Part shown: positions 10,452-22,180 of the stretch, in pieces
Layout: each line of letters begins with the position of its first letter
How positions within the stretch are numbered: position 1 is the first letter of the stretch
Assembly: GCF_001194135.2 (NCBI RefSeq)
Contig: NC_068983.1
Coordinates: 109,044,554 to 109,086,506, forward strand
DNA length: 41,953 nt
Origin: Octopus bimaculoides
Taxonomy: Eukaryota
Direction of reading: 5' to 3'
Program-made: the position numbers and the translations under genes
The notes under the pieces: model-generated
Database searches by the model: none
Told to the model about the DNA's origin: nothing
Seen by the model: only the letters and a program-made list of their open reading frames with translations

Positions 10452-10749
10452 GTTGTAGGGGCATTTGGAGCACTAACAACAAAGTTTAAGAAATATGTCA
10501 GAGGAACTGGTATTGACTTGAGGGAAAAGCATGCTCCCAAAACTGCTCTACTGGAGACAGCAAGGATTTTGAGATTGGTGCTTGGATGTTGACTAACTTC
10601 CATGATACTTAAAATCCAAGTACTAAGTCTTATAATTTGTGGAAAGTGACCCTGTGAGACCTCTGACAAAAGGCTGCTGTCCACTTTCACAGAATCAACC
10701 AGAGTAAATATGACCAAGAGCTCTGAGAAGTAAAATGTAATAATAATAA
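10452..10749 (+). mobile_element. R4/Dong-type 3' fragment with (TAA)n tail
   Basis: Encodes VVGAFGALTTKFKKYVRGTGIDLREKHAPKTALLETARILRLVLGC* (end of ORF 10338..10592). 10457-10716 matches the reverse complement of 9583-9842 at 250/260 by my count. Confidence 0.88.
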
Positions 10750-10965
10750 ATGGTTTCAAATTTTGCTACAAGGGCAGAAATTTTGAGGGAGGGGATGAGT
10801 CAATTACATTGACCCCAGTGTTCAACTGGTACTTATTTTATCAACCCCGAAAGGATGAAAGGTAAAGCCGACCTCAGCAGAATTTGAACTTAGAATGTAG
10901 CGACAGGCAAAATACCTCTAAGCATTTCGTCCAGCATGCTAATGGTTCAGCCAGCTTGCCACCTT
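10750..10965 (-). mobile_element. Family B SINE, (TAA)n on both flanks
   Basis: Family B core near 10835-10875; (TAA)n at 10738-10749 and 10967-10992. Confidence 0.9.
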
Positions 10966-10992
10966 AAATAATAATAATAATAATAATAATAA

Positions 10993-11460
10993 ATGCTATG
11001 ATGCAGCACCACAGTGTTATCATGTGCAAGTTTTGTCAGTTGCTTTAACATAACCAGTTGAGCATGTCCCTTAGTGGCTGATGATATGTGTATCCCTGAT
11101 TGCACGAAGGGGCAGTGAAGGAGCATCATAGCTATGTGTTGGGAGGAACTCTTTGGGGTTTCAATAATTCATCTCTGGAAACATGTGTTTTGTTCATCAT
11201 CTTTAAAGAACTCTTATCCAGGGACCTTTTGAGTGGGATGGTATACTCAACCTGAAGAAAATTCTAATGGAACCCCACATGCAAGATTTATACACTGCTT
11301 ATCTTGGTATGAGATCATCATGTTGAACACATATGGTTGTGATGCATGTGCCTGGTATACTGTTATCAGACAGGTAGTCACAGTGAATATATTGAGCTTC
11401 ATATAGTTGTTCCCAGTGTCACTTTGATGGCATGCACTGCTCTCTTACTCAATAATGATA
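10993..11460 (+). mobile_element. Family E retroelement 3' segment (longest copy)
   Basis: The 3' 280 bp are collinear with 4242-4520; ends CTCTTACTCAATAATGATAAT. Confidence 0.8.
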
Positions 11461-11600
11461 ATGGTTTCTACCTTGGACAGAAGGCCTGAAACTTGGGGAA
11501 GAGGGATTAGTAAATACCATCAACTCTAATATTTATTTGTTACTTTTTTTTATTGACTTGAAAAGGTAAAAGGCAAACTTTTTCTTGCCAGGATTTGAGC
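11461..11600 (-). mobile_element. Family B SINE, degenerate
   Basis: GAAGGCCTGAAACTTGGGG...TATTGACTTGAAAAGGTAAAAGGCAAAC is collinear with the family B core. Confidence 0.5.
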
Positions 11601-11629
11601 ACAGGAAATTTTATCTGACAATCTCACTG

Positions 11630-11905
11630 AAGTGTCTCCTGTATATCACTCTCAGCAGATAATAATGTATATTCAAAACAAATACTGAAACTATCCAAAT
11701 ATAAAAGATCTGGAATTGTTAACAACCAGAAGATAGGGATTGAAACCCAAAACAATTCCCATAGGTGTCTTAGGAATGATTTTAAAAAAATACAGATAAA
11801 TACATAGCAAAAATTTTAAGATTTATGTATGTACAAAATATACAGAAAGCAACACAACTATACACTACCACATAAATAATACATAGTGTATTTTCAGTAC
11901 AATAA
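11630..11905 (+). mobile_element. Second, older R4/Dong-like REL endonuclease remnant (different subfamily)
   Basis: With frameshifts: ..SADNNVYSKQILKLSKYK / DLELLTTRR*GLKPKTIPIGVLGMILKK / DKYIAKILRFMYVQNIQKATQLYTTT*IIHSVFSVQ*. Fits the K-x-x-KY-x-DL...GxLG...QK C-terminal REL pattern. Confidence 0.65.
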
Positions 11906-12083
11906 AAGAAGAATACACTGCATGTATTAAAAAGAATTCACCCGATTTGTAATTGTAGGACTGCACTTGGTTGTACAGTGAAAGAAGTAGAAGTGGGTGG
12001 AGAAGAATATTTTTATTAAGTGATAAGTAATCCATTTTGGAGATGTAAAGTTGTTGTATATATTAAGCATATGGTATAGCCAG

Positions 12084-12471
12084 GTGGAGGCGCAATGGCC
12101 CAGTGGTTAGGGCAGTGGATTCGCTGTCATAGGATAGTGGTTTCAATTCCCAGACCAGGCGTTGTGAGTGTTTATTGAGCGAAAACACCTAAAAGCTCCA
12201 CGAGGCTCCACCTGGGGATTGTGGGGAACCCTGCTGTACTCTTTCACTACAACTTTCTCTCACTCTTACTTCCTGTTTCTGTTGTGCCTGTAATTCAAAG
12301 GGTCAGCCTTGTCACACTGTGTCACGCTGAATATCCCTGAGAACTACGTTAAGGGTACACGTGTCTGTGGAGTGCTCAGCCACTTGCACATTAATTTCGC
12401 GAGCAGGCTGTTCTGTTGATCGGATCAACTGGAACCCTTGACATCGTAAGCGACAGAGTGCCAACAACAAC
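12084..12471 (+). mobile_element. tRNA-derived SINE, family A (full length)
   Basis: A box TGGCCCAGTGG 12096-12106; B box GGTTTCAATTCC 12139-12150; (CAA)n tail; perfect 13-bp TSD ATGGTATAGCCAG at 12071-12083 and 12472-12484. Confidence 0.95.
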
Positions 12472-13029
12472 ATGGTATAGCCAGTAAATTTGTAGTGTGG
12501 TGTTGGTATAGTTAGTTAATGTTTCAGGTATTTGGAGTTTTTTGAAAAATCTTTACATTACTAAATTGGTGTTCGAAGAATTCAATATACTAAAGTGCAT
12601 TTATGTACTTAAACATATATTCTTGCTGTAGAAGAGTGAGACATTCAGAAGTTATATGAAAGTATAAATAAAAGGGATCAAGAAAAACAGAGGAAGTTTA
12701 ATCGCTTAGCGGAAAACAGTGGAAGTTGTACTCCTAAATATTGATTTTCAATTACATATGTTTTGGATACAACTCTCGACTACTGCACCAAAACAGGAAA
12801 AATAAGTTATTCTCAATATGTTTCAGGTTGTTTTACCTAATTGTAAAGATAACAATATAAAGTTTTGAAAGCCCTCTAGTAATTTAGTATCAATATAATA
12901 TACAACAATAAATATATCTTCATTAAACATTGTGCTTGTGGACAATTTCAAGAGACAACTGGTCTTATTGTTATAAGCTGTTCAGAATGAGCCAACTGAA
13001 GCACAATAAAGAAATTGTATTGTTATTCA

Positions 13030-13150
13030 AGTAGATCTTTGATCATGTTCAGATTCCCACAATTAGTTACATCCCTTTACATCCTTAGTTCAAATCCCAC
13101 TAAAAATTAACTTTGGTTTTCTTCATTCTGCAATTAATAAATGAAATACC
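13030..13150 (+). mobile_element. Family B SINE, highly degenerate
   Basis: TTACATCCTTAGTTCAAATCCCACTAAAAATTAACTTTGGTTTTC resembles about 10262-10308. Confidence 0.35.
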
Positions 13151-14648
13151 TGTATGTATGAGAATCTACTCAACTAACAATAAGTCCTATCACACAAATT
13201 TGTGTCTCGTACCTATGTGAGAAACCATTATTATTCAAGAAGGTGTAGCAACTACCAGAGATGGAGCTAGACATAGATTCTGATTTGACAGTGAACAAAG
13301 TACTGCAATATGTAACCAGGTTATGTGGAAAGACTCTCTCTCTCTCTCTCTGTCTCTCTGTGTGCATGCATGCACATTCAGAAATGCATACAGTCATCAC
13401 AAAGAAAGTTCTGTATCCCAATGGCCCAGTTCTCACAGCAGAATCAATAAAAGCTAAGTTGCAATGTGTGTGAAAGCAGCAAAGAAGCAACAGCATTACT
13501 GTGCTCAAGCAACAGAGAAAGGCAAATCATTCTAAATAACTATGTGGCTATGTTAATGGTAGAGTGTGCTTCATTGAAGTAGAGCATCAACAACCTAGTT
13601 TTAAGTAATTAAAAAAAAGACAAAAGAAGATTGTGTCTCTTAGATAAGTTAATGTAAGATTTAGAATAAAAAAGTATATATATACTGTATTCTAGATATG
13701 TTCATCTAATGTTAGCATGAAGAAATGGACAATAAACAATGATAATGAGAATAAAGAAGAAAAGCATATTAATATAGTAAAACTAAATAAATAGCTGTCC
13801 TAACTCTTAAGCCAAGGTTTATGGTAAACATACGAATTTGTACTTATCTTACAAAACATCGATGTAAAGATCTCAAAAAGTGCAATATACAGACTAATAA
13901 ATTTACACAACACAAATAATAATAGTAGCACTAATTGAAACAATAATACTAAGTGACTCTAAAGCTGAACAGAACTGAGCTGAGAAGCAATGGAATTACA
14001 TCAAACTGAAGCAATCAAATTAATGTCATTGTGTCAGGTGAGGAATTTATTCTGCTTGTAATTTGTACAAATGATATGTATAACTATGTCTGAAAGTATA
14101 TTGTACTCAGTTAGTAGATAGGCAAGTAGAAACAATATACAGCAATACACTCTCTTTAAATGTTACTAGTTGTCCATTTTCAGAGCATTTGTTAAAAGTT
14201 AAAGCAATGATACTGTATTTAATAAATATGCAGCTAGTAGAGGCAACAGAAAAATTGAGCAAGTGATGTACAGTAAGGTACTTAACTCATGCAGTCTCAA
14301 TTAACTTATGTGGAAACAAAGGATTTGGTTAGGTCTACTCACCAAAATAGTGAAAACATTAAGTAATTAATGGGTGCTTCAGTTTCTTGCATGTAGAAGT
14401 TGCATATGGAAAGGGCAACAGGAAGCATTCAGATTCTGACCAGAGTCTTCAAACATTTTAGTCTATAGGATTATTTAGAACTATCTTAATTGTATTTGAG
14501 CCCGTGTGGATAAATCAAAATGCCATTGAGGACAAAGGTACTCAAAACGAAATAGTGAACAGACTTGAACACTCTGAACTGAAAAGAAGCATGCAATTTT
14601 CATCATGAAATATTATTAATCAAAGAATATGAAAAGGAAGTTAAGGAA

Positions 14649-14875
14649 TATTTCTACTCTAGGTACAAGGCCTTGAAAATTTTAAGTGAAGGGAGATAGT
14701 CGATTACATTGACCCCAGTGTTTCACTGGTACTTAATTTATCGACCCTGAAAGGATGAAAGACAAAATTGACCTTGGTGGAATTGGAACTCAGAATGTAG
14801 CAGCAGACGAAATACTGCTAAGAATTTTGCCTGGCATGCTAAAGATTCTGCCAGCTCCCCACCTTTGGGAGGAAG
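14649..14875 (-). mobile_element. Family B SINE with 14-bp TSD, not in a TAA tract
   Basis: Family B core near 14735-14775; AGGAAGTTAAGGAA at 14635-14648 and 14876-14889. Confidence 0.9.
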
Positions 14876-15479
14876 AGGAAGTTAAGGAAGCTGTAATAAT
14901 CACTAAGAAAGTGGAATATGAAACATATACAACTTTAAATACTCCAGGTGTTGTTATTAAGATATTTGGTGACCCAGCTTGTATTATAACATACACTCCT
15001 TTGAGAAGGTTCTGTAAGGAAAGTTTTTTTTTCTTTTGCAAGGACTAATATATTGATACAATTATCAAAGCTACAAAGGCTATACATAAGAGTAAATCTT
15101 ACATATCAATTATAGTTGACATGTAAGATTTATTCTCACATCAATGATAGTTGAATGAATACAGTTTTTGTTCTGTGCCAAGATCTAAAATCAAAAGCAA
15201 GTTGAGCAGCTGACAAATGTGGTGAAATCTATTTAATTTGGTGATATAGAAAAACTCTTAGTCAAGTTCCAAGCTTTGTAGTCTTGAAAGTGATTATGAC
15301 ATTAAATCTAAATGAATAGTCTAATCTGTTATGTTAGTTATTGAAGGAGAGGAGGAAGTTATCAAACCAGGGACATAGTCTTAATGAATGCAACAGATCA
15401 ACCTCTGTTAAATAGACTCAAGGACCAAGTGGTAGTCTTAAACCAGATGAAAGATCAAAGTTAGCAGCTAAGAACAGAA

Positions 15480-15645
15480 ATGATCCCTTCAATAGGCTTC
15501 CACATAGGTTATGTCAAGCAAATTTCATTTGGAATTGGTTGACCCAAAATTACGATAGAAGACATTTACTGATGGCGTAACAAAGTAGTATCAAACTTGA
15601 AACTATAAATAGTTATGGAGTAAGCTTCTTAACCACAAAGCCATA
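15480..15645 (-). mobile_element. Family C SINE 5' half, degenerate
   Basis: GGCTTCCACATAGGTT...CAAATTTCA...GATAGAAGACATTTAC...AAGCTTCTTAACCACAAAGCCAT resembles the reverse complement of 8003-8160. Confidence 0.45.
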
Positions 15646-16745
15646 GGTTGTTTCAACCTCCATAGGTTGTTGCTACTCTTATCACATAAGTAAATGTTGA
15701 GAACAGAGTAGAGGTGGCACAGATGACAGTGGTTGTTGTCATTAAGTACGGCAAAGCTAATAGAAGCGGAACATCATTAGTGGAAGTGTTGGAGCAAAAG
15801 TGGTAGAAGCAACACTGATGATGATATAATGACAATGATTGTCAACATCATTTACAAAACAAATATTTCTTCTAAGTTATTCATGTATTGTGCATAGCAA
15901 TATTTTTCCAGCCTCATTATATGATGTTGAAGAGAAACTTGACAGTTTTAAAAATAGAATTCATGCTTTTCAATAAATTTGGGGAAGAATTTAACACTAA
16001 TGTCAATGTCTATGAGGGCTTGCTCTTCATTTTTATTCCTTGAATTTATGTAATACAAGTTCTGCAATGAATGCCTATGGAAACTTTTGTTTCACAATGA
16101 CATTATTCACTATGCATAGTAGTGTAAATGTGGGCTTATTCTAAAAAGTTTAGAGGTTAAAATGACTACGACTAAGATATTAGTTAGATTACAGCAGCAT
16201 ATATGTTTTTTTTCTCTTTTTTTCTTTTTTTTTTCTTTTGCTGTATATAAGGGAGAAACCAATACCATGTTGATATTGCTGGATGTATGTACATAAATTT
16301 CTAGGCTTTAATAAACAGACAAGTATAATTGTGATCATGTATAACTGTAAAATAACGTTGGAAATTACTTTGTTGATTTATTGACAATAGTAGATAAGTC
16401 CTACCAATATGATAATTAACAATGGAGCTGTGATAGGGGAGAGCAGAATATCTAGAAGGAGATGAATGAAAAGTGTCTTGAGAACTACAACTTTTGACAT
16501 TAGCATTAAATTCTTCAAATTTACTGAAAATCGTGAATTCTATTTTTAAAGCTTTTAAGGTTCTCCTCAACAGCAGAATCAAGCTAAGGGATTCTCCTTC
16601 AGAGAGAAAAACTATTATTATAAAGCATGAGTAAGAAATAACAGTGTATGATAGACAATGAATGAAAATGTCAAACATTAACTGAGATAAAGTGTTATAT
16701 GCCATTGGATATACTACTCAAAACTTCCAAGAAAGATAAAGAGTA

Positions 16746-16920
16746 CACGAGTTGAAAGAGCGACTCAATCTCAAAAATATTGTCAAATAATGTACAGGGA
16801 AGATGTATTTGTGCTTGAGATATTATATATACAAATGGATCAGGAATGTCATATGAAAGATTATTGTCAATTGTTTATGGAAGCTTCCTTTGGTGCAAGT
16901 AGACAAAAAGCATCTATAAG
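16746..16920 (+). mobile_element. RTE-type LINE ORF C-terminal remnant, highly decayed
   Basis: HELKERLNLKNIVK*.. and MDQECHMKDYCQLFMEASFGASRQK resemble the RTE C-terminal pattern ELRERL..I..RM....VKK....G..GRGRP.K (recalled). Confidence 0.35.
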
Positions 16921-17605
16921 TAGTTCTGCCAACATTTGAGCTTTGCAAAAGAGTTTGAAGAGAATTGAGATTTCAGAATGCATTAATCACATGTAATCAA
17001 GAAAAATATTCATCAGCGGTGGAAACAATGATAGAGCTGTAAGTTCATATTTCTAAATATTATTTTCAATTATAGATGTACAAAGTGATGTGAAGTAGTA
17101 TATTTGTTGAGACTGAATATACTATTAAAAAATAGGAAAACTAAGAAGTTTATTTCATAACATTGTTCTGATATAAATTCAGAGTATGAAATATACACAG
17201 GATAATAACAATAAGTATCTTCAATTATAATTCAAACCATGTCATAAAAGGCTTCTCAAATACTTAGGAAAATAAAATAGTAACACTTTCTCACAAATTT
17301 ACTTATCTCAGACCATGCATTGAAACTGATGTAATTACATCTGTTTAGAACCACACAAAAACTGCTAATTCCTTTCCATTTATATTTTAAGGTATTAAAA
17401 TTTTTGTCACGCAACTGCAGCTTGGTTACTGACACAGTTTCTAAGTAACTGTTAGAAATGTAGTCACTGATCATTTCTTATAAGATTTAAAGCTTTTTCT
17501 TCTACCTTGCTGAACTTACAGACATTTAGATTGTTTGTTCACAGGTTGAGTGACCTTGAGACATCACATATTATTTGGTCAACATTAGGTACTTTTAGAT
17601 TGCGT

Positions 17606-17990
17606 ATCATCATCGTCGTCATGGTCGTTGTCATCATCATCATCCTCATTATCATTTAATGTCAATTGTCTATGCTGGTATGGGTTGGACAGTTTGACCA
17701 GAGTTGGCAAGCTGGAAAGCTGCACCAAGCTCCAGTCTGATTTGGCATGGTTTCTATGGCTGGATGCCCTTCTTAACACCAACCACCTTACAGAATATGC
17801 TAGCTGCTTTTACATGGCACCACACAAACACTTTTACAGGACACCAACACAAGTGCTTTTTACATGGAATTGGCACAGGACTCTTGCAGACCAATCCTCT
17901 TCACCAGCGGGAGTGACCTTAACACTTCTGCTGTGGAGTACGGGTCTTCTTGAGTACAGCAAGCACCAGGTATCTCGGTCCTTTGTCTTA
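17606..17990 (-). mobile_element. RTE-type LINE 3' end (family D tail, (GAT)n)
   Basis: Minus strand encodes TKDRDTW (RTE C-terminal DR..W motif), then a 3' segment containing GGGCATCCAGCCATAGAAACCATGCCAAATCAGACTGG shared with 40987-41130, and a (GAT)n tail. Confidence 0.7.
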
Positions 17991-18139
17991 GAAAGTTTGC
18001 ATATATCATAGTGAACATTACACTTTTTCTTCTCTTCCTTTCCTTTGTTTTTTTTTCTCATTTTGAAGGTTAGTTTTCAATTTATGCATACCTCATTTAA
18101 GGAAATTTAGCAAATAAGAAATTCACACACTCACACATG

Positions 18140-18550
18140 TAGAAATACATACATATGTGTGGGTGTGTGTGTGTGTACACACACATATATATTGGTAAAT
18201 AAGTTGATAGTGGAGAACACCAACCATAGGGTATGGTTGGCTGAGGGTAATGGTATATACAGTGCTCTTCTCATATGTATCTTTTGAAGTATAATTGATT
18301 ACATGGAATTCTAAACAGTGATTTATGTTATGAGTAATAAACCACACTAAACAAATATAAATATATAAATGTATATATATATGTGTGTATATATATATAT
18401 ACATAAATAGAGGAAGAGAGAGAAAGAGAGAGAGAGAGAGACACATATATTCAATATACAAACACACACATAATATACAGATACATATCTAGTATATATA
18501 CACGTGTGTGTGTGTATTCATATATATATAAATATATACCCACACATGTA
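18140..18550 (+). repeat. Low-complexity (TG)/(TA)/(GA)/(CA) mosaic
   Basis: Direct read; source of ORF 18123..18467. Confidence 0.8.
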
Positions 18551-19504
18551 CAAATGTGAAATGGAGGTTATTTCAAAGCAAGTTTAAAGAAAACAGTGGA
18601 ACATTAAGAAACTTTTTTATCTCACTACTCATGTATGGCAATCAATTGAAAATATCACAGTATATAACAATTCTCTTTATATTTATCATTGACAATAATT
18701 TTTCTAGGAAAGTCAATATGTTTAACATATCTGAAACTACATTGAATAACAGATTTCTTTTCCTGAGCCCAAAGGTGCTTTATCTTCTATCAGTTCTTCA
18801 CTATTTATAGGACCTGATATTTGTTAATAAAGATTGCTATTCTCATATAGCTGATATAATGAATGTATATGATTCTGTGAAATATTACCTCACATAAAAG
18901 TATCAATTTCATATCAAAATATGAAAAACCCTCTAACATGTCAGAAGGCTGGTTATCTGAGTATGATTTTAGAAGAAAAATGTTACCTTTATATAATAAC
19001 TTCATCCTTCAGTTTATGATTTTTCTCTACTGCTTTCATTAAAAATTTCATATACCTGTTCTACCTGCACCAGTATCAGAAACATGCTTAAAAGAAAAGT
19101 AAAGTTGTAAAGACAGTATGTTGTCATAAACTCTAATCTTTCAGCATACAACATATTAATATTTAAAGTTATGATTTAAACTGATGCCCAGTAGGAAAAT
19201 TCCATTCATCAAAAAGTATGAAGTCAGATATGTTAGCATAGATGTGTGAATTATTTGATTTATACTGGACTACATCTGATGTGAATATAATAATGCTAAG
19301 TTTTTCTTCAGAATTTTTTGCAAAGACTGGAAAATGTAAAATTTATATTAGACTCCAAAATATGTACACTGGTTATAAATACATGAGAGAAATCATTCTA
19401 GAGAAGATAAATTAACATTTTATTTTGTGTTTCAGTTATATTTTATTTTCAATATTAATTCTCATATATTTTCTCCTATTTTATATTGATTTTACAAGTG
19501 TTTA

Positions 19505-19507
<3 letters not shown>

Positions 19508-19537
<30 letters not shown>

Positions 19538-19599
19538 TGTATGTATGTATGTATGTATGTATGTATGTATGTATGTATGTATGTATGTATGTATGTATG
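19508..19599 (+). repeat. (TATG)23 microsatellite
   Basis: Perfect 92-bp array. Confidence 0.97.
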
Positions 19600-20474
19600 A
19601 ATGAATGTATATGTGTATATATATATTGCACTTTTTTGCTATCAGTTACATTCTAATTATAAACATGAAAAAAGAATATTTTTATAGCATGCAGAGATGG
19701 TTTAACTGGTGAATCATTGATCAATCATGTATGGTTTCTCAAATCTTTTAGAAAAAGAGATCTAAATATGTAGCTATGAGTTGATTGAAAATTGCTATGT
19801 TTTATGAATATTCACTCATTATTTTTAAAGGGAAATCAGATACTGTGAAGAAGAAGAGTTATGCAATATTCAAAGTGAGGATATCTTCTGTCTCATAATC
19901 AGTTAATCATTTATTTTTTATGTATGTCTCATTTCACAATGAAAGTGATAATATAGACTTGTTAGAATCTATTTTATAGTAAGTATCTCAAATATGCATA
20001 GAAACTATATAGAATATTTCAAATCTGATTATTTTAATAGATGAAATGATATTTTTAAATGTGTATCATAAGAATAGAAATGGTAAAGCTAGATAGATAC
20101 CTAGACATCAGCTACTAAAATATATAAAATTACAATGTATAAAATTTGTAGTCATATAAATTTCATAAAATGCTAATCTGATAAATTAGGAAAATGTAGG
20201 TGAGAAGTACATCCTATTTTCAATGAAGCCAACTAAATGGTCTCAGCAATAATTAATAAACAAACAAATAAATGAATATGAAGTTCAGCAAAACTACAAA
20301 ATTAATTATAATTATTACCATGAAGAAAATAGTGAAATATATCTAGTTGCTCTTTTGGGTAAAGAGGCTGTAGAGAAATCATGATGACACAGTTGTAGTC
20401 AATTACACAAGACATCATATATAGGAAGAAAATATATCTTCATACTGTTTCGAAACAAATGTCTGACAATATCA

Positions 20475-20700
20475 GATAACCTATCATGGCAACCAGGAAT
20501 ATAAAATATAGTCAAAACTGCATTGTGAAATATTTCAAACCTGATCAGTTGCTAACCCTATCATACCTTGCATATAAACATTATTCATGCAGCAGTGATG
20601 ATCTCTATTACACCTTGACTCCAATCAACATTGTTTAGCTACTTGCCCACAGACACTCTGTAGTACTGAATTTTCCCACTGCTTCTTCTGCTGTTATCTG
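20475..20700 (+). mobile_element. CR1/L2-type LINE RT C-terminal remnant
   Basis: DNLSWQPGI*NIVKTA / KYFKPDQLLTL / LLAHRHSV match the CR1/L2 pattern LSW..HI..I.K.A...YF.P.QLL.LYK...L.HRR.V (recalled). Confidence 0.45.
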
Positions 20701-22039
20701 ATGTTGATAATTCTACACCACTCCTACTGAAACTTAATATATTTCTCTTTAATCTTCTTGACCCTTTTATTGCATTTCAAGTTGTAACACCTGACTAAAA
20801 ACTCCATACTAACATATTCCTTTTATTGAGTTTACCCCATAAACATTAAACCTTGAACTTCAAACTCTACAAGCCAACAGAAGAGACTCTGTGAAGTTGC
20901 TTTTCTTGTATAACTGTTAAATCTAGCTCACTATCTTAAAAATTGAAGGGCCATGTAGTTTTAGTTATACAATAAAGATAGGAAGAATGCAGCTGGAATA
21001 CCTTTAATCATAAGTCTGTGAATCAAAGCTGATCTGACACTTCTCTAAGCTTTCTTATCTAGTTTTGATAGCCTACAGTGGTTACAAAAACTACTCTTCT
21101 ACTTTAATTTAACTGAAATAAAGCCTAACTAAAGACTAAAAACTACTAACTGATTGTAGTTTTCATGCAGTAGTTTTGAAGATTTTAGGTTATTTTATAT
21201 ATTTTATGAAAACGTGTTTAATTTTTAGTGTGTGTATTATACTGGATCCACATTTTGACTTAATCTAAATGAGGTGGTTTTTAATTTGATACATTTGCAA
21301 GAGGAGTTCAGTTTTCTTGAATAAATATAACTTTCTGTGATAAGTGATTAAATATCTAATTTTGTTATCATGACTAATTACTTGATGAAGCAGTCACAGA
21401 TTGTTTAAGCCATTGTCCTCTTAGCAATGATTAATCTATTGTAGTTCTATTTTTAGATGTTTCATAAAAGATTCAACAAGTTGTTAACACATTTTGAGAC
21501 TAAAGATAGTCAAATCTAACACTTAGTAGCCATTTACAAAATTTAACATACCAAATATAATTTAGATATTGGCCATTCATTTCAGTATTGATCATGTGCA
21601 AACGAACCAAATCAGACTCTGAAATGAAAAATGCTAGAGATTTTGTTGAATGTCAATAACTTTGGTTGCTGTGGGGAGTGGAAAAGCTGACATTTTGGGC
21701 TATAGTCTTTTAACATAGTGTAATCTTCAAATGAAGTCCAGCAAATGTGAAAAAGAAGTGAAAGTTTGTTAAAAACAGGATGTGGATGATAAGGTAATCA
21801 CAATGAATGAGAAATGTAGGAAAAGTGAATGAGGTTTGAGAGGTAATGGGAAGGGAGCCAAGCAGTTAATGCTAAGGGGAAATAGTGCAGTTTGAGTTAG
21901 GGAAAAAGATGGTTAGTTACTGAGACACAGCTGTGAGGATTACACAGAAAATAGTAAGAAAAACAAGAACATAGTGCATTGAGAAATAAACAAGCAACAG
22001 AGTGAAGTGAGTGGAAAAATTAAAGAATGTAGAGGTGAC

Positions 22040-22180
22040 TGTTTTTCAGCTAGAAAATAAGCTGTTGTTCTCTAAGTTGGAAAGTTGCTTTTAAACCATG
22101 GCATTGATGAACTCCATTTCAAAGATGAAGCACGAAAACAGTGGCTAAGAGAATTTGATTGGGGGTCATAGTTTACTGAG
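22040..22180 (-). mobile_element. CR1/L2-type LINE RT N-terminal remnant
   Basis: Minus strand NYDP.. / EMEFINAMV*KQLSNLENNSLFSS*KQ resembles NYRPI..KVME.IIN..L..YLE.N.LLS..QYGFR (recalled). Short and decayed. Confidence 0.35.

Noticed and set aside
9480-10759. Near-identical 138-aa and 109-aa ORFs (VIFTLVDSV..) suggesting a duplicated gene
   Set aside because: They are the antisense frames of the two Dong fragments; the meaningful reading is on the opposite strand.
12084-12160. tRNA-like sequence (also at 1180-1254, 35020-35095, 8003-8075 and 40103-40175)
   Set aside because: These are SINE heads, continuous with SINE bodies and (family A) bounded by TSDs; no intact cloverleaf is supported.
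14948-15013. 66-nt AG..GT plus-strand segment (GVVIKIFGDPACIITYTPLRRF)
   Set aside because: Weak polypyrimidine tract, no recognisable homology; expected by chance.
15641-15671. CCATAGGTTGTT repeated at 15641 and 15660
   Set aside because: Short duplication at a SINE edge; no further structure.
17545-17588. 44-nt AG..GT plus-strand segment (LSDLETSHIIWSTL)
   Set aside because: Non-consensus donor (GTACTT), no homology.
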